From a virus (taxonomy: Duplodnaviria > Caudoviricetes): 40,917 nucleotides of DNA. The notes under the pieces are model-generated. The model made no database searches. It saw only the letters and a list, made by a program, of their open reading frames with translations, and had not been told where the DNA came from. The DNA lies in IMG/VR virus record IMGVR_UViG_3300020043_002142, positions 1-40,917 of that record. One strand, given 5' to 3'. The translations under genes were made by a program, and so were the position numbers. Of the stretch, positions 26,870 through 35,587 are shown one piece after another (positions within the stretch are counted from its first letter, which is position 1; every line of letters begins with the position of its first letter).

Positions 26870-27575
26870 TTGGTTTCTCCGTTTGGTTAAGTTTTAGCTT
26901 CAAGGATTTGAAGCAGTTCAAGACCTCCTCGTAAAGGGGAGGGTGCGTTTGCTTCAGCGAATCAAGCTGAAGTTCATTGCTCTTCCAGTAGCTGTTTAAA
27001 CCCGCTACTGTGGTGCAGTGGGAAGTCCACTCAATCATTCCTTCGGCAAACAACTTACGACTTGCGTCCGAGTTGTCCCATTCCACGGGTTGTGGCTTGG
27101 CCTTAGTCTTGGCAATAATCTTCTCGTACTTGGGGCCATCTTCCTTCTTGTACAGTTCACCCATTGGAGCCGTTGCCTCTGTGCTAGGAGCGGCTTTTGA
27201 GTCCTCTTGCGGCAAGTCATCTCCGGCATAGATGTATATGCCCAAACCGTGCAAGGCGAGGGCTTTGGTCATGCATCGCATGATTGCAGTGTTAACGGCA
27301 AACGCATCAGGGTTAAGGATGGGCTTGTTCTTGTAATCCATGACGGGCAACATACAGGTTCGGGGCTGACCGAACAAAGTCACTGTGACCCACACCATGC
27401 CTGTACCATTGACATCCATGTAGGGTTTACCCTCAAAGGTCTGTACATCAAAGGTGGCAGTGGCATCGGCCTTTAAAGCCTCTTGCCATGCCCACGCCCA
27501 TGACAGGTACGTCAGGCCATTCTTCTTCTCGGTGTGATCATTGACGTTGATCTTCAGTAAATCATGGGGTGACAT
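26862..27575 (-). CDS. Sak3/DUF1071-like single-strand annealing protein (start MSPHDLL)
   Basis: LTYLSWAWAW and VNTAIMRCMTKALALHGLGIYIYAGDDLP; AAGGAGA RBS before 27575. Confidence 0.8.
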   Translation of the reverse strand: MSPHDLLKINVNDHTEKKNGLTYLSWAWAWQEALKADATATFDVQTFEGKPYMDVNGTGMVWVTVTLFGQPRTCMLPVMDYKNKPILNPDAFAVNTAIMRCMTKALALHGLGIYIYAGDDLPQEDSKAAPSTEATAPMGELYKKEDGPKYEKIIAKTKAKPQPVEWDNSDASRKLFAEGMIEWTSHCTTVAGLNSYWKSNELQLDSLKQTHPPLYEEVLNCFKSLKLKLNQTEKPNE

Positions 27576-28428
27576 TGATCTCTCCTTGGTATTGTTTACA
27601 CCACTTGCTGACTCCGCAGAAATCTCCGGTGCATCGCTTGGGTTCGCCTTTTCTTTCCTCGACATATCCTTTTTCCTTTTCTGCCAGTTCATTGGCTTCT
27701 TCAATTGATTTAAATACTCGGATCGCAGTCTTGCGTCCTTCCCTCTTCACTGCGTAGATGGTCTCGCTCATCCATCGTTCTTCATCGGTACAGGCTTGTA
27801 AGTCCTCCCCGAATTCCTGTGCTTGCTTGGCGGCACGGTGCATGTCCAAGCGTTTGCGTACATAGGTCTCAGTGGTAACTGAATCCCACATGGGGATGTC
27901 AATCATCACGGCCTCAGCCTCGGGGTAGTTCTCCTGAGTGGAGTGGGCGGTGTAGTCTTTGATGATGGCGCAGATCTTTAGACCGCAGACCTTTTGCTTC
28001 TTGACTGTTTCCACAAGCCATTTGTAGATGTTCAACTGGGTGACCCAGTCATCCTTAGACTGCATGACTGACCAAGCCTTAACAAACTTGTAATCAATGA
28101 TGACAATCCCGTCATCTGTGTGTTCCTGTAGATCCACTGCACCGCTGATGGTGATGCCATCAATTGAGTGAAAGATGCGCTCCTCGTTGGTGTAACCCTC
28201 GACTGTCTTGCCCTCAAGCTTGGCATGCATGAACGTGCCAAGTTGTGAAGCTATCAGTTTGGTAACGTCAATCTCCATTTCCTCGTCATACTGTTCGCGC
28301 ATTCTGCGGATCTTCGGTGGCGACATTAACTCGGTTACGCTATACTGAGAAGCACCCTTGGTGTAGAAGTCTCTCGCAAGCAAAGCCACTAACGGTGCGG
28401 GTAAGCCTTGTTTGTTGGTTATTTTCAT
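27562..28428 (-). CDS. PD-(D/E)XK exonuclease (phage Cas4-like/recombination)
   Basis: GTFMH, ISGAVD, IIDYK, QLNIY and C-terminal C...C...C. Confidence 0.8.
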   Translation of the reverse strand: MKITNKQGLPAPLVALLARDFYTKGASQYSVTELMSPPKIRRMREQYDEEMEIDVTKLIASQLGTFMHAKLEGKTVEGYTNEERIFHSIDGITISGAVDLQEHTDDGIVIIDYKFVKAWSVMQSKDDWVTQLNIYKWLVETVKKQKVCGLKICAIIKDYTAHSTQENYPEAEAVMIDIPMWDSVTTETYVRKRLDMHRAAKQAQEFGEDLQACTDEERWMSETIYAVKREGRKTAIRVFKSIEEANELAEKEKGYVEERKGEPKRCTGDFCGVSKWCKQYQGEINVTP

Positions 28429-28448
28429 TTACTCTCCTGAAAGTTGTT

Positions 28449-28886
28449 ATGAACCCAGACCTCAATAATAGCGATGTTCCAACTGAATTGCAAGCACTAT
28501 CACAAATTATTTTTGGAGAGCCAGCTTCCAAGGCAAACTCTAGGAGAGTTGTTCACTACGGTGGTATGTCTAGACTGATTAAGTCTAAGAAAGCATTAAG
28601 TTACTCTGATGTTTTTAAGCAACAGTGCAAACCATTGGCTACTTTAATGACGGGGGATCTGCGAGTTACTCTGCATATTTTTTATGCGTCACGCAGACCT
28701 GACCTTGATGAGAGCCTGATCCTAGACCTGATGCAGGGTCTTATATATGAGAACGACAGGCAGGTGAAAGAGCGTCATTGTTACTGGGGGCTTGACCCTG
28801 ACAACCCCCGTGCAGAGATCATCATTGAAAAGATCCCTGAGATTGCTCCAAAAAAAAGCCCCTCCAAGAAAACTCAGAAGGGCTAA
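28449..28886 (+). CDS. rusA: RusA-like Holliday junction resolvase (start may be TTG 28488)
   Basis: GEPASKAN, RRPDLD and IYENDRQV motifs. Confidence 0.75.
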   Translation: MNPDLNNSDVPTELQALSQIIFGEPASKANSRRVVHYGGMSRLIKSKKALSYSDVFKQQCKPLATLMTGDLRVTLHIFYASRRPDLDESLILDLMQGLIYENDRQVKERHCYWGLDPDNPRAEIIIEKIPEIAPKKSPSKKTQKG

Positions 28887-28979
28887 TCCCATAACAGGAG
28901 GAGAGTACCAGCAACTGCAAGTTGTGGTAGCCCGTAGTTTAAATCAAATTCAACCGGTAAGCAAAACACAGCTGTTGGC

Positions 28980-29058
28980 CACCCGGCGCTTTGTTTAAAC
29001 GCATCCAGCAGCACCCGGCGTGCGTGTTTAAACAATAACCAGCAACCCGGAGCTGCGG
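28980..29058. repeat. Short direct repeats CACCCGGCG-N4/5-GTTTAAAC (two copies plus a degenerate third)
   Basis: cacccggcgctttgtttaaac (28980), cacccggcgtgcgtgtttaaac (29012), caacccggagctgcgg (29043). Confidence 0.55.
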
Positions 29059-29114
29059 ATTCTTTTTAATTCTTCTGGTAACTTGGATGTTGGTAAAAAT
29101 ATTTTTAGCACTGC

Positions 29115-29145
29115 TTGACACAACCTGAAAAGTTGTGTTTATAAT
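29115..29145 (+). promoter_or_regulatory. Sigma70-like promoter with 19-bp spacer and internal dyad
   Basis: TTGACA 29115-20, TATAAT 29140-45; ACACAAC-N7-GTTGTGT inverted repeat 29118-29138. Confidence 0.6.
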
Positions 29146-29149
29146 TTAA

Positions 29150-29256
29150 TCGTTGCCGTGAGAAGCGACAGATTGAAGCCACTTAATTCTACTCTCGCCC
29201 TTGGTTTTTGCCGCAGGGTTCTCACCGAGGGTAGAGCTAAGTGGCTTTTCTGTTTT
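29150..29256 (+). ncRNA. Structured leader RNA/attenuator
   Basis: AAGCCACTTA...TAAGTGGCTT long stem followed by a U-rich tract; GTGAGAA (29158) is complementary to TTCTCAC (29219). Confidence 0.45.
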
Positions 29257-29623
29257 CAGAACTGGACGGGCGTTGGGTTAGCGCCATCGCATCCCTTAAC
29301 GGGGAGGACGTTAAAAAGACACTGCTTCATGTGAGCCGTCTAGTTCTGATTCCCCTCCTACGACAACCGTACTCCAGACGTTACTAAGGGGTAGATATCT
29401 GCCTGCGTGGAAGCAAAGGGTTACGTGGTATGCGCAAGCTAGGGGGCAGTTCCCGAACAATCCACGGTGCTGGTCGTATCTGCAAGCACAGGGGTTAGGA
29501 CAACCTAACATGCAGAAGCCCTAACGGGCGGTGAAACCATCCCTCTCTACCCCTTGGGGTAGGGGGGTCTATGGGTGAAAATAATTAATAAGCCCCGCAA
29601 AGGGGCGCTAACAGGAGAGAGTA

Positions 29624-29833
29624 ATGACACGAGCAGAAATAATTTTGATGGCAGACGCATCAGGCATATCGTTGTACGGCATGGGCTTAGACAGGGAAAA
29701 GTTTATTCACCATCTTGAAGCTTTTGCCAAGCTAGTAGCACAGAAAGAGCGTGAGGCGTGTATTGACATTGTTGCTATGTTTGGTGGAAGCATTGAAATT
29801 GAAGCCGCCATCCGAGCAAGGGGACAAGCATGA
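29624..29833 (+). CDS. Hypothetical protein, paralogue of 22502..22756
   Basis: AGGAGAG RBS; shared motifs. Confidence 0.6.
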   Translation: MTRAEIILMADASGISLYGMGLDREKFIHHLEAFAKLVAQKEREACIDIVAMFGGSIEIEAAIRARGQA

Positions 29834-30192
29834 CTAAAGACGAAGCATTACGCCTTGCATTGGAGGCGTTGGAATACACAGGTTTGAAATGGCCTCAAGT
29901 TGAAGAAGCCATCAACGGAATTAAAGCCGCACTAGAAGCCTTGGCACAGCCAGAGCAGGAGCCTGTGGCGTGGAGAGCATGGGTTTCAAAGTTCCCACAA
30001 GGGACAGGTAGCTATTGGGTGTATGTGACTAAACCAATCATGAAAGACAATGTTCACAACCAACCTCTCTACACCACCCCACCACAGCGCACATGGGTAG
30101 GGTTGACGGATATTGACTACGCAGGATTGCCACTTGAACAAGTTGGACTTGTCCGATGGGCAGAAACCAAACTCAAGGAGAAAAACACATGA
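29830..30192 (+). CDS. Hypothetical modular phage protein
   Basis: EALRLALEALE...QEPVAW...PLYTTPPQRTWVGLTD. Confidence 0.6.
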   Translation: MTKDEALRLALEALEYTGLKWPQVEEAINGIKAALEALAQPEQEPVAWRAWVSKFPQGTGSYWVYVTKPIMKDNVHNQPLYTTPPQRTWVGLTDIDYAGLPLEQVGLVRWAETKLKEKNT

Positions 30193-30392
30193 AGCAACGT
30201 GTTTACACGATCGGTGTCGGTGATCAGGTCAGACTGATCCGTGCATCCAATCGCAGACAAGCGATAGCGCATGTGTCATTAGGGATTATGACAATACGAG
30301 TCGCCACACAAGAAGACATCATCACCCAACTAGATAAAGGAATACCTATCGAGAACTACACACCGCCCGAGCAAATTGAATTAGAACTTTAA
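30189..30392 (+). CDS. Hypothetical protein (start MKQRVY)
   Basis: AAGGAG RBS, ATGA overlap. Confidence 0.55.
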   Translation: MKQRVYTIGVGDQVRLIRASNRRQAIAHVSLGIMTIRVATQEDIITQLDKGIPIENYTPPEQIELEL

Positions 30393-30412
30393 AAAAATAC
30401 AGGGAGAGAGAG

Positions 30413-30883
30413 ATGGATGAGTTAAGACAAAGAGATTTCAAGAGGTTCGTCAAGCACCTCGATGAAAGCCATGAGGGCGTGATCTCAGCCGCCAATTGGT
30501 TAAACAGTTTGGGGTACTCGGTAACGATACCGCCATCGACTGTCTCAGACAGTTATGAGAATCGGATGAAGCATGTAGACAGTGGTGATCTCTACATCAA
30601 TATGCGCGTGGAAGTCAAGACACTTGGCATCACATTCACCAACAGGGCAGACTGGAAATTCGGGGATAAGTTCATCGTCTGCGCTAAGCATTCGTTTGAC
30701 AATGCCAAACCAAAGCCTTATGCATACATCATCCAAAGCGCAGATTTAAAACACATCGCAGTTGTCCATACCACTACGTGTAAACAATGGTATTCAGAAA
30801 AGCGTAAGGACTCTCGGTACGAAGATGTGACCCAAGATTTTTATCTTTGCCCAATTGACCTTGTCAGGTTTCATGCGGTTTAA
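30413..30883 (+). CDS. Putative PD-(D/E)XK nuclease-fold protein
   Basis: GD...VEVK motif. Confidence 0.45.
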   Translation: MDELRQRDFKRFVKHLDESHEGVISAANWLNSLGYSVTIPPSTVSDSYENRMKHVDSGDLYINMRVEVKTLGITFTNRADWKFGDKFIVCAKHSFDNAKPKPYAYIIQSADLKHIAVVHTTTCKQWYSEKRKDSRYEDVTQDFYLCPIDLVRFHAV

Positions 30884-30905
30884 TTGATATTCCAAGGAGC
30901 AAATA

Positions 30906-31145
30906 ATGACTAGAAATTACAAGCAAGAGTACAAGACCCAACAAGATAGAGGCGAACACGAGAACCGAATGGAACGCCAACGCGCCCGTAGAAAATTGGA
31001 CGCTAAGGGAGTGACCCGACAAGGAAAAGACGTGGCTCATGTCAAGGCTTTGTCCAAGGGTGGATCAAACGCAGATGGCATCCGCCTTGAGTCTCCTGCC
31101 AAGAACCGTTCGTTTAAACGCAACAGCAGCGGCAGCATGAAATGA
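30906..31145 (+). CDS. Small HNH-like endonuclease
   Basis: DVAHVKALSKGGSN...NRS. Confidence 0.65.
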   Translation: MTRNYKQEYKTQQDRGEHENRMERQRARRKLDAKGVTRQGKDVAHVKALSKGGSNADGIRLESPAKNRSFKRNSSGSMK

Positions 31146-32815
31146 ACGCAGAGTTTGTGGAGCAGTTCCACTTCAATGAATCTACTCGGGTAGCTTGCCC
31201 GTACTGTTCTACTGAACGTAGAAAATCCAATCAGAAAGACATGACCCTAACCCGCAAAGCAGACGGGGCGGTCGTGTTCCATTGCCATCATTGTCAGACT
31301 AGCGGCTCAGTCCAACCACAACAGGAGAGAATTTTGTCAGCCGTACCCAACCCAATTATTGTTTCAAACAAACTGCAAGATACGCATTACGCATGGTTAG
31401 CCCTGCGTGGTATTTCAAAACAAACCGCAGACAAGATGAAGTTGTTTGCCGCTGAGAAGTACTTCAGCAAGCTTGGCAAAAGCGCAGATGCCATTGGCTT
31501 CCCATACTACAGACAGGGTGCATTGGTTGCCGCCAAGTACAGATCATTCCCTGAGAAAGACTTCACCCAAGACTCAGGCGGTGCGCATGACTTCTTTGGT
31601 ATTGATCTCATCAAAAAGGATCAGCCACTCATCATCGTTGAGGGAGAGATAGATTGCTTATCCCTCATGGAACTTGGTTATGACAACGTGGTCAGCGTAC
31701 CAAGTGGAGCACCCATCAAGGTGGCAGATGGAAAGGTACTCCCGTCCGAAGACAAGCGATTCGCCTATGTATGGAACGCCCGTGAGGTACTCGATGCAGT
31801 CCCTTACGTGATCCTTGCAACAGATCAAGACACCGCAGGGCAAGCCTTAGCCGAAGAGTTGGCTCGCAGAATCGGTAAAGAGAAATGTCGTCTGGCTAAG
31901 TTTGAAAAGAAAGATTTAAACGAGGTCATGCTTGATGACCCGACAAAGGTAAGCGTCCTTCTCGACTCAGCCGCCCCGTACCCAGTGTCGGGGATCTCCG
32001 ATGCGGGCACGTTCTATGAGCGTTTAAACGAGTTGTACACCAAGGGCACAGGCAAGGGGTTCTCAACAGGCTACTCCTCCGTGGATGAAATTTATACAGT
32101 TGCCCCTGCGCAGTTGACAGTTGTCACTGGTTACCCTTCATCGGGTAAGTCAAACTTTGTGGATCAGATCATGGTCAACCTTGCACAGGCACACGACTGG
32201 AAGTTTGCCGTGTGTTCGTTTGAGAATCAGCCTGAGATCCACATCAGCCGATTGATGGAGATCTACACTCGCAAGCGGTTCTTTGATGGCAGGGAAAGAA
32301 TGTCCGAGCAGGAGAAAGAGCAAGCGTTTAAATTCGTTAAGGAGCATTTCCTGTTCATCGATACAAACGGGGAAGAGCCATCAACACTTGACTCAATACT
32401 GGACAGGGCAAGAATTGCCGTTAAGAGGATGGGAGTTCGTGGGTTGGTCATTGACCCGTATAACTACATCGAGTTGCCACGGGGTGACGGGACTGAGACT
32501 GCCGCCATCAGCGACATGCTGACGAGGGTTCAAAAGTTCTGCAAGGCACATGACGTGCATACATGGTTCGTTGCTCACCCTTCTAAGATCACCCGACAAG
32601 GCACAGAGCAACCCCGTCCTGACGGGATGTCCATCGCGGGGTCGATGGCATGGTGGGCAAAGACTGACTGCGGCCTGACTGTCCACAGGAAAGATCACCA
32701 CGTAGAGATCGCAGTGTGGAAGTGTAGGTATCGTTGGGTCGGAACGCAGGGTGAAACAACAATGCTTTACAACAAAACCGCAGGGACTTACTCGGAGAAT
32801 CTCGATGCCTTCTAA
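31142..32815 (+). CDS. Primase-helicase (T7 gp4/Twinkle-like)
   Basis: CPYC...CHHC zinc finger, TOPRIM EGEID/DQD, Walker A GYPSSGKS, VIDPY, VAHP. Confidence 0.9.
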   Translation: MNAEFVEQFHFNESTRVACPYCSTERRKSNQKDMTLTRKADGAVVFHCHHCQTSGSVQPQQERILSAVPNPIIVSNKLQDTHYAWLALRGISKQTADKMKLFAAEKYFSKLGKSADAIGFPYYRQGALVAAKYRSFPEKDFTQDSGGAHDFFGIDLIKKDQPLIIVEGEIDCLSLMELGYDNVVSVPSGAPIKVADGKVLPSEDKRFAYVWNAREVLDAVPYVILATDQDTAGQALAEELARRIGKEKCRLAKFEKKDLNEVMLDDPTKVSVLLDSAAPYPVSGISDAGTFYERLNELYTKGTGKGFSTGYSSVDEIYTVAPAQLTVVTGYPSSGKSNFVDQIMVNLAQAHDWKFAVCSFENQPEIHISRLMEIYTRKRFFDGRERMSEQEKEQAFKFVKEHFLFIDTNGEEPSTLDSILDRARIAVKRMGVRGLVIDPYNYIELPRGDGTETAAISDMLTRVQKFCKAHDVHTWFVAHPSKITRQGTEQPRPDGMSIAGSMAWWAKTDCGLTVHRKDHHVEIAVWKCRYRWVGTQGETTMLYNKTAGTYSENLDAF

Positions 32816-33128
32816 CAGTTTAAACAATGAGCCTGCTGGCTCACCAGATGAGCCTGCTCCACGTTTAAACATCAGGGAGGAACTGGCGGAGGAATGGGAC
32901 ACGGAGCTTCTCTTCTTATCGGAGGAGGAGTTTGATGAGGCGATCATCGGGGTGGCAGAAAGGATAGGCGATGAGCCTGTCGTTGCCTATGACACAACAA
33001 AGATCGTGGAGATCCTGAGTCGATCTATGAGCGTGGATGAGGCTTATGAATTCTTTGAGTTCAATATCCTCGGGGCGTATGTCGGACAGAAAACTCCGAT
33101 GTTCGTCACAACACTGTTTAAACAATGA
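32805..33128 (+). CDS. Hypothetical acidic protein
   Basis: FDEAIIG...VVAYD...EAYEFFEFNILGAYVG. Confidence 0.6.
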   Translation: MPSNSLNNEPAGSPDEPAPRLNIREELAEEWDTELLFLSEEEFDEAIIGVAERIGDEPVVAYDTTKIVEILSRSMSVDEAYEFFEFNILGAYVGQKTPMFVTTLFKQ

Positions 33129-33177
33129 TACAGCCAGCCGCTGTTTCACAATGCGTTTAAACGCTGATATATAGGCC

Positions 33178-33204
33178 AAAAAAAAGGGAGCGCAATGCTC
33201 CCTT
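33178..33204 (-). terminator. Intrinsic terminator between convergent operons
   Basis: AAGGGAGC-gcaat-GCTCCCTT hairpin with an A8 tract on + (U-tract on -). Confidence 0.75.
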
Positions 33205-33207
33205 AAT

Positions 33208-33444
33208 TTATATTCTTGCGACTCTTACCGCTTGAATGATGCTTGGATATTTTCCGCAGTAGCGGGGCACTCGGTCTCTACCCATCCGATAGACTGCCCA
33301 TGCTTTCTGCGCATAGGTGATGTACTTCTCGGCAGGGTTGACAAAGCGTTCATGGTTAACGAGGTCAATGAGGTTGTCATAGTAGTACGTGGTTTTGAGA
33401 AAGGTTGGGTCTGATTGGGTGATCGCCTTGATCTTCTTCATCAA
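33208..33444 (-). CDS. Hypothetical protein
   Basis: GAGGTG RBS; ends at the terminator. Confidence 0.5.
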   Translation of the reverse strand: MMKKIKAITQSDPTFLKTTYYYDNLIDLVNHERFVNPAEKYITYAQKAWAVYRMGRDRVPRYCGKYPSIIQAVRVARI

Positions 33445-33680
33445 TGCACCTCATCACTGGATGGACGCATGAAGCGTTCCATGTCATAGGTTGCGGCAAC
33501 CACGCCAAGCACCTCCTCCCGATCGTAATCTGCGGCTACTGCAAGCTTCATAGCGGCTTTAAAAAGGATGCCGAGCATTGACTCAGTGTCCAGTTCAGAA
33601 CGGCTCAAAAGCTCTATGAGGTCGCCATAGTTCGCACTGAGTCGGGCAACCTCATCATTACTCAATTGCCTGACTTTCAT
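33441..33680 (-). CDS. Hypothetical protein (start MKVRQL)
   Basis: AGGAGG RBS before 33680. Confidence 0.55.
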   Translation of the reverse strand: MKVRQLSNDEVARLSANYGDLIELLSRSELDTESMLGILFKAAMKLAVAADYDREEVLGVVAATYDMERFMRPSSDEVH

Positions 33681-33912
33681 CTTCAACCTCCTTTTCCATG
33701 TAGCGCACCAATGCTTTGGCCTCATCACTCTGCATCTTCTGAATGATCTCATACATCTGCGGTGCGATGGCAATCAATCGGGCGTTTGCCCGTTGAGTCG
33801 CAAGCGGTAGATTTCTACTAGCACATGAGGAAATTATGGTCGTTGCTTCATAGTCCCACACGTTGGAGTTTTGAGCAACCCAAGGGTAAGGCGTTGTGTG
33901 TTTAAACATCAT
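33658..33912 (-). CDS. Hypothetical protein, ANARLIAAAP-type phage family
   Basis: HTTPYPW...ANARLIAIAP. Confidence 0.6.
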   Translation of the reverse strand: MMFKHTTPYPWVAQNSNVWDYEATTIISSCASRNLPLATQRANARLIAIAPQMYEIIQKMQSDEAKALVRYMEKEVEDESQAIE

Positions 33913-34001
33913 GGTCTCCAGTAAAACAAGTCAAGCAGTAAAACGATCAAGCCGACAAGAAACACGGCACGTTCTATTTTGTCCCATAGTGTGTGGTTCA
34001 T
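33909..34001 (-). CDS. 30-aa single-TM peptide (not in ORF track)
   Basis: MNHTLWDKIERAVFLVGLIVLLLDLFYWRP; ATGA overlaps at both ends; GGGGAG RBS. Confidence 0.5.
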   Translation of the reverse strand: MNHTLWDKIERAVFLVGLIVLLLDLFYWRP

Positions 34002-34159
34002 GCTTGCTCCCCTATCCCCAAACGTTTCTCTGTAAATGCTTGGGCTTGATCCATCTCAGCATCGGAAAGGTCAAGAATCTCGCCAATCATTTCACGCCAG
34101 TGATGGTTGGCAAGGGCAAGCCGTGCTACCTCAAAGATCAGAATTTCTTTACTTGTCAT
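33998..34159 (-). CDS. Hypothetical protein, 53 aa (not in ORF track)
   Basis: MTSKEILIFEVARLALANHHW...; GGGGAG RBS. Confidence 0.5.
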   Translation of the reverse strand: MTSKEILIFEVARLALANHHWREMIGEILDLSDAEMDQAQAFTEKRLGIGEQA

Positions 34160-34325
34160 TCTTACTCCCCTTGTTTAAACGTGTTGCTTTCAGAACACCC
34201 TTGGCAAACTCTACGTCAAGTGAAAGGTGCTCAATCCATGAGCCATCATCGATGTAGCGGTCAGCAGATTGCACCAAGTTTTTGAGTGCTGATCTGAGGT
34301 AAACAATTCGTTCTTTGTCAGTCAT
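34149..34325 (-). CDS. Hypothetical protein, 58 aa (not in ORF track)
   Basis: MTDKERIVYLRSALKNLV...; GGAGGTGA RBS. Confidence 0.5.
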   Translation of the reverse strand: MTDKERIVYLRSALKNLVQSADRYIDDGSWIEHLSLDVEFAKGVLKATRLNKGSKNDK

Positions 34326-34500
34326 TGGTCACCTCCTCCACACTGTAAATAGACCAATCACCGCCCACACCTTGATCCACAGGGATGAATGCTCCTCCAT
34401 CCATGTCCTTGGCAATGGTGTAGGCTTCAACTTCGCTCTCGGCCTCAACGTGTTCATAAAAATACGTTGTCAGCTTGGCAATCACCTTGTAAGTTTTCAT
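34318..34500 (-). CDS. Small DpnD/PcfM-like protein
   Basis: MKTYKV...VEAESEVEA pattern. Confidence 0.45.
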   Translation of the reverse strand: MKTYKVIAKLTTYFYEHVEAESEVEAYTIAKDMDGGAFIPVDQGVGGDWSIYSVEEVTND

Positions 34501-34862
34501 TGGTTATCTCCCATGTCCAAGCTTTCAGTGACGGTGTAACCCTTGCTCGCGGCTAATGCTTCAAGGGAGGGCAAGCAAGCCATGTAGGTTTCTTCTGAAT
34601 CAAACTGGGCTACCGAATGCGCACCCGCATTGGCTTCAAAATAAACTGCCACTTTCATGTCACGGCTCACCTCCTCCATGCCATAGTCTGCGGGGTACTC
34701 GGTGCGCAGATCGTCCAACTCATCGAGGTAACGCTCGATCTCCTCGCGCAGATACTCGGGCAGGGTGGCGGAAAGGTCTTCAACCTTTCCATCATTCCAA
34801 GTCACGGTCAGTTTGCAATCAACGATTGCGTGGGTAAATTTACTGTGTGGTTCGCGTTTCAT
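34497..34862 (-). CDS. Hypothetical protein (possible internal start at 34658)
   Basis: AGGAGAG RBS before 34862; a second RBS GGAGGAGGTGA precedes the in-frame MKVAVY. Confidence 0.5.
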   Translation of the reverse strand: MKREPHSKFTHAIVDCKLTVTWNDGKVEDLSATLPEYLREEIERYLDELDDLRTEYPADYGMEEVSRDMKVAVYFEANAGAHSVAQFDSEETYMACLPSLEALAASKGYTVTESLDMGDNQ

Positions 34863-34920
34863 AATTTCTCTCCTGCTACTGGTTTCATTTGTTGGTTTAA
34901 ACATAAGGGGGCGAACCCCC

Positions 34921-35577
34921 TCATGCGGCAAGCTTGAGCTTGTTGAATGCGACAGTGCCCATGTCAGCGAGGTTGTCAACCCTCACTGCATTGGGGTAGA
35001 CACGGGAGACATTCTCTTGAATGCCGATCCCGATTGTTGTGATGCCAAGGCGTGAGCCTGAGTTGCATTGGTCGCGGGTGGCGTTGGGCGAACCCTCACC
35101 ATCGGTCAGGACGAAGCAGACCTTGCGCTCCTCTGTCCTACGTAGCAACAGGCCGTGAGCATAGTTCAGGGCGGCATAGTCGTTCGTGCCTCCACTGCAC
35201 ACGACACGCTCAAGCAGGGGCTTGACACGCTGATAGGGCGCGTTCCAAGGCTTGAGTGTAGACACCACATTGGAGAACGTCACAACACTGGTGTGCACCC
35301 CTGCTTGGCTGAGTGTGGTCAGCAGGGCGTAGCAGACATCAACGGCATGTTGCATACGATTCTCAGATTGCATCGAGCCTGAGCAGTCGAGCACGATCGT
35401 CACGGCTGAGTCAATACCTGCAACCTCAGTCCTGCGTTTAAACAGGCGGTCACTGTGCCCGATGTGGGGCAAGGCGTTGACATTGAGCGAGCCTTGCTTG
35501 CGGTTGATGTTGAACTCCTCAGTGCCTGAATTCTCAAACAGTCTGCGAATCTCATAGCGAAGTTTTGCGGGAATCAT
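34921..35577 (-). CDS. VWA-domain protein (CobT C-terminal-like)
   Basis: MIDAS motifs DCSGS, GGT and LTDG; TAAGGAG RBS before MIPAKL. Confidence 0.8.
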   Translation of the reverse strand: MIPAKLRYEIRRLFENSGTEEFNINRKQGSLNVNALPHIGHSDRLFKRRTEVAGIDSAVTIVLDCSGSMQSENRMQHAVDVCYALLTTLSQAGVHTSVVTFSNVVSTLKPWNAPYQRVKPLLERVVCSGGTNDYAALNYAHGLLLRRTEERKVCFVLTDGEGSPNATRDQCNSGSRLGITTIGIGIQENVSRVYPNAVRVDNLADMGTVAFNKLKLAA

Positions 35578-35587
35578 TGTGTGCTCC

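Noticed and set aside
27562-28428. Cas4 as evidence of CRISPR adaptation
   Set aside because: Stand-alone PD-(D/E)XK exonucleases next to SSAP/SSB genes are ordinary phage recombination genes
32254-32268. Apparent self-match of concatenated g2 dinucleotides (tggagatttacac) to the helicase gene (tggagatctacac)
   Set aside because: A 12/13 partial match is expected by chance given ten guides and both strands of 41 kb
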